DNA of 64,000 nucleotides from Yuukianura sp. NJ FZ-2021 (Eukaryota): NCBI GenBank assembly GCA_046563655.1, contig CM102287.1, positions 9,672,001 to 9,736,000 of the forward strand, read 5' to 3'. Shown piece by piece: positions 61,764 to 64,000 of this stretch (position 1 is its first letter; each line of letters starts with the position of its first letter). The notes under the pieces were generated by a model. It saw only the letters and a program-made list of their open reading frames with translations, ran no database searches and was not told where the DNA came from. The position numbers and the translations under genes were made by a program.

Positions 61764-62851
61764 ATGGAACGGAAAGGAAGCGACGATAGTGTATTTTCAG
61801 CAGCGGTAACAAAGGATGACGACGTATCGGTTGCCATGGCAACCAAAAAAAGAAGGTTTCTGAGAACACCTAAATGTGCGAGATGCAGAAATCATGGAGT
61901 CATTTCCTGTCTCAGAGGTCACAAGAGAATGTGCCGGTAAAAGAATTTTGAGAAATTATTCAAAATTTTGAAACTTTTATCCAAGTTAACTGATTCTCGC
62001 GTTCTTTGGTTCTCAAAATTTTGGAAAAATTTGAAGTAAACCTTGGTTCGGGTTCATAATCGAATTTTGAAATTAATGTTTATAGATGGAGAGAATGTAT
62101 TTGCGACATGTGCGAATTGGTAGCGGAGCGCCAGAGAATTATGGCTGCTCAAGTGGCTCTACGCAGGTTGGACTATTTTTTGTACAACTTAAAAAATTTA
62201 AAACGAATTTGTTGTAATCAAATCTAAATTTTTAATCATATTTCTAATCCCAGGCAGCAAATAAATCTAAGGTCAGCGAAGGAGGTCAGAGGTCAATCCA
62301 ACAAAAAATTGGTAGTCAATGAAAACAGGAAAGAAAAGTTTCAAAATTTTAATCATAGCGATGAAAATTCGGCCAAAAAAGTTACTTCTCTGCCGCAACA
62401 AAATCAACTTGCGACTCTTCGAAAGCTCGCGACGCAAAAAAATCTTCGAGCGAAAGCTAACGCCAGAAAATCTTGCAGATTTGACGTCGCTACTTCCGGA
62501 AACGCTGAAATCGGGACTGCAGAGTATTGGACAAGTGTCAGAACGCGTCTTCGCAAAACATTCGCTGATCCGAAACTAACTGAAAGTCATCATGAACCAT
62601 TTTCAGCATCAGTAGTATCATCAGCATCATCAGCAACATCATCAGCAATATCAGCAACATCAGTATCTATGGCGTCCCTCTTAAGTTATTACTCACTCCT
62701 TGCTTGTTCATATTTTCCCACCACTTTGACTGATTACGCAAAAACAAATTCGATCTTTTCAGCTCAAATTTCAAATTCAACGCAACTCCCTCCGCATTCA
62801 AAAATTTCGTTTTCAATGGACGCCATTTTGAATAAATCAAGTCAAATTTAA
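61764..62851 (+). CDS. Dmrt11E: DM-domain transcription factor, Dmrt11E/Dmrt2 class
   Basis: Exons 61764-61936, 62086-62166 and 62254-62851: [56 protein letters not shown]-terminal eh1-like FSMDAIL. Confidence 0.85.
61830..61843. promoter_or_regulatory. Perfect RFX X-box consensus GTTGCCATGGCAAC
   Basis: Core of the perfect 16-bp palindrome GGTTGCCATGGCAACC; function untested. Confidence 0.5.
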
Positions 62852-62914
62852 TATACCCTAGTTTTTTGAATTCAAAATTTTTCGAAATTTTTCAAAATGC
62901 TGATTTTCGTTTTT

Positions 62915-64000
62915 CTAGAGTCCTTCAAAATATTTTTTGAGCTTGCCAAAAAGTTCTTTGGAGTCAGCATGATCCGGGTAGTTCGCCAGTGCTTTTTGGA
63001 CAATCAAATAAGAATTTTGCAAGTCTCCAACCTAAAAACACATTCTTTTCAATGAAAAGTGTCAAAATTTCATAAAATTTTGAATTTTTGGTTACGCTGT
63101 CAGCGATTTTGGCTTCGTTGAACAACGGTTCGAACATGTGAGGTGCCAAGGACGCTGCAGTTTGAAAATAAGCGATGGCCAGATCAGCTCGGCCTTTACG
63201 TGCTTCCAGAACGCCAAGATTGTTGTACGCTTCTGCGTGATTGTTGTCTGATGAAATGGCGAGTCGGAAACACTGTCCAGCCCAAATTGTATCACAAAGT
63301 CCCTTATACAAAAATACTTTTTTCGAATTTCAGTTTTCAAAATTTTGAATTTTGAATTTTGAAAACATACCAGAGCAATGTGTCCCAAGTTGTACCAAAT
63401 TTCGGCAATGTTTTCATTAGAAGAAATGGTAAAAGCACGTTGAAAACAAAGCAAAGTCATGTCATATTGCTGAGAAGCAAAACAGCACAGGCCCAGGTTC
63501 ACAAAAAGTTCTGCCGTGTACAGCCCCATTTGCAAAAGACGCCTACATTTAAAAAAAGGCATTTTTTTGAATTTTTTTTTTCAAAATTTTGAAAAAAGTT
63601 TACCTGTAGAAACGTAGGCTGACTTCTGGTTGGTCAGTGTAGAAATGATGCATGCCGATACAAGCAATTGCTTCAATATTGGACGAATCTTGACTCAAAA
63701 CTTCTCTGTAGTGTCGCACACTTTGACTCACGTTTTGCAATCCTTCGTGAACTCTAAAAAACAGAAATTTTGGGAACATAAAATTTTGAAAAAGTTAAAA
63801 TTTTCAAAATTTCAATACCTTCCCATTTCAGTAAGAAGTGTGACGTCACCGGGAAACTTTTCCAGCCCACGCTGACAAACGTCGAGCGCTGCAAGCGGTT
63901 GATCCAGTTTGACATAAACTTTGGCCAGCCCAATGTACGTCACCAGCATCGGCTCAACAATCAGCGCTTGACGAAAGTATTTTTCAGCGTTTCTGGGTTG
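62915..64000 (-). CDS. TTC8: Tetratricopeptide repeat protein 8 / BBS8 (5' end outside window)
   Basis: LAKVYVKLDQPLAAL, NIEAIACIGMHHFYTDQPEVSLRFYRRLLQMG, LGLCCFASQQYDM, HAEAYNNLGVLEARKG, LAPHMFEP, YPDHADS. Confidence 0.93.

Overview
Eukaryotic, AT-rich, compact genomic DNA with short spliceosomal introns. The gene content (Ace-orthologous AChE, CRF-binding protein, pawn-like SEA/EGF protein, Dmrt11E-type DM gene) points to an arthropod; the lineage cannot be fixed from sequence alone. About 17 protein-coding genes were reconstructed by hand by joining exons at GT/GC-AG sites. In order: a partial TGF-beta/BMP ligand; a basic protamine-like gene built from tandemly duplicated exon+intron units, head-to-head with SLBP; a LolA/ependymin-like type I membrane protein; a possible K/P-repeat orphan; two small TM proteins; a secreted Pro/Arg + 8-Cys defensin-like precursor; CRF-BP; AChE; a VMO-I/possible aerolysin-like/W-acidic membrane protein; ATP synthase alpha; an SNAPC1-like AT-hook protein; SNX10/11; pawn-like; an intronless nAChR-like subunit with no Cys-loop cysteines; Dmrt11E-like; and partial TTC8/BBS8. 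Beyond the genes, the window is saturated with short words and their reverse complements (AGGTCA/TGACCT, TTTTGAAA/TTTCAAAA, AATTAC/GTAATT, CATGACT/AGTCATG). These build the introns, overlap splice sites and run through coding exons. Family assignments come from recalled motifs; no search or computation was run.
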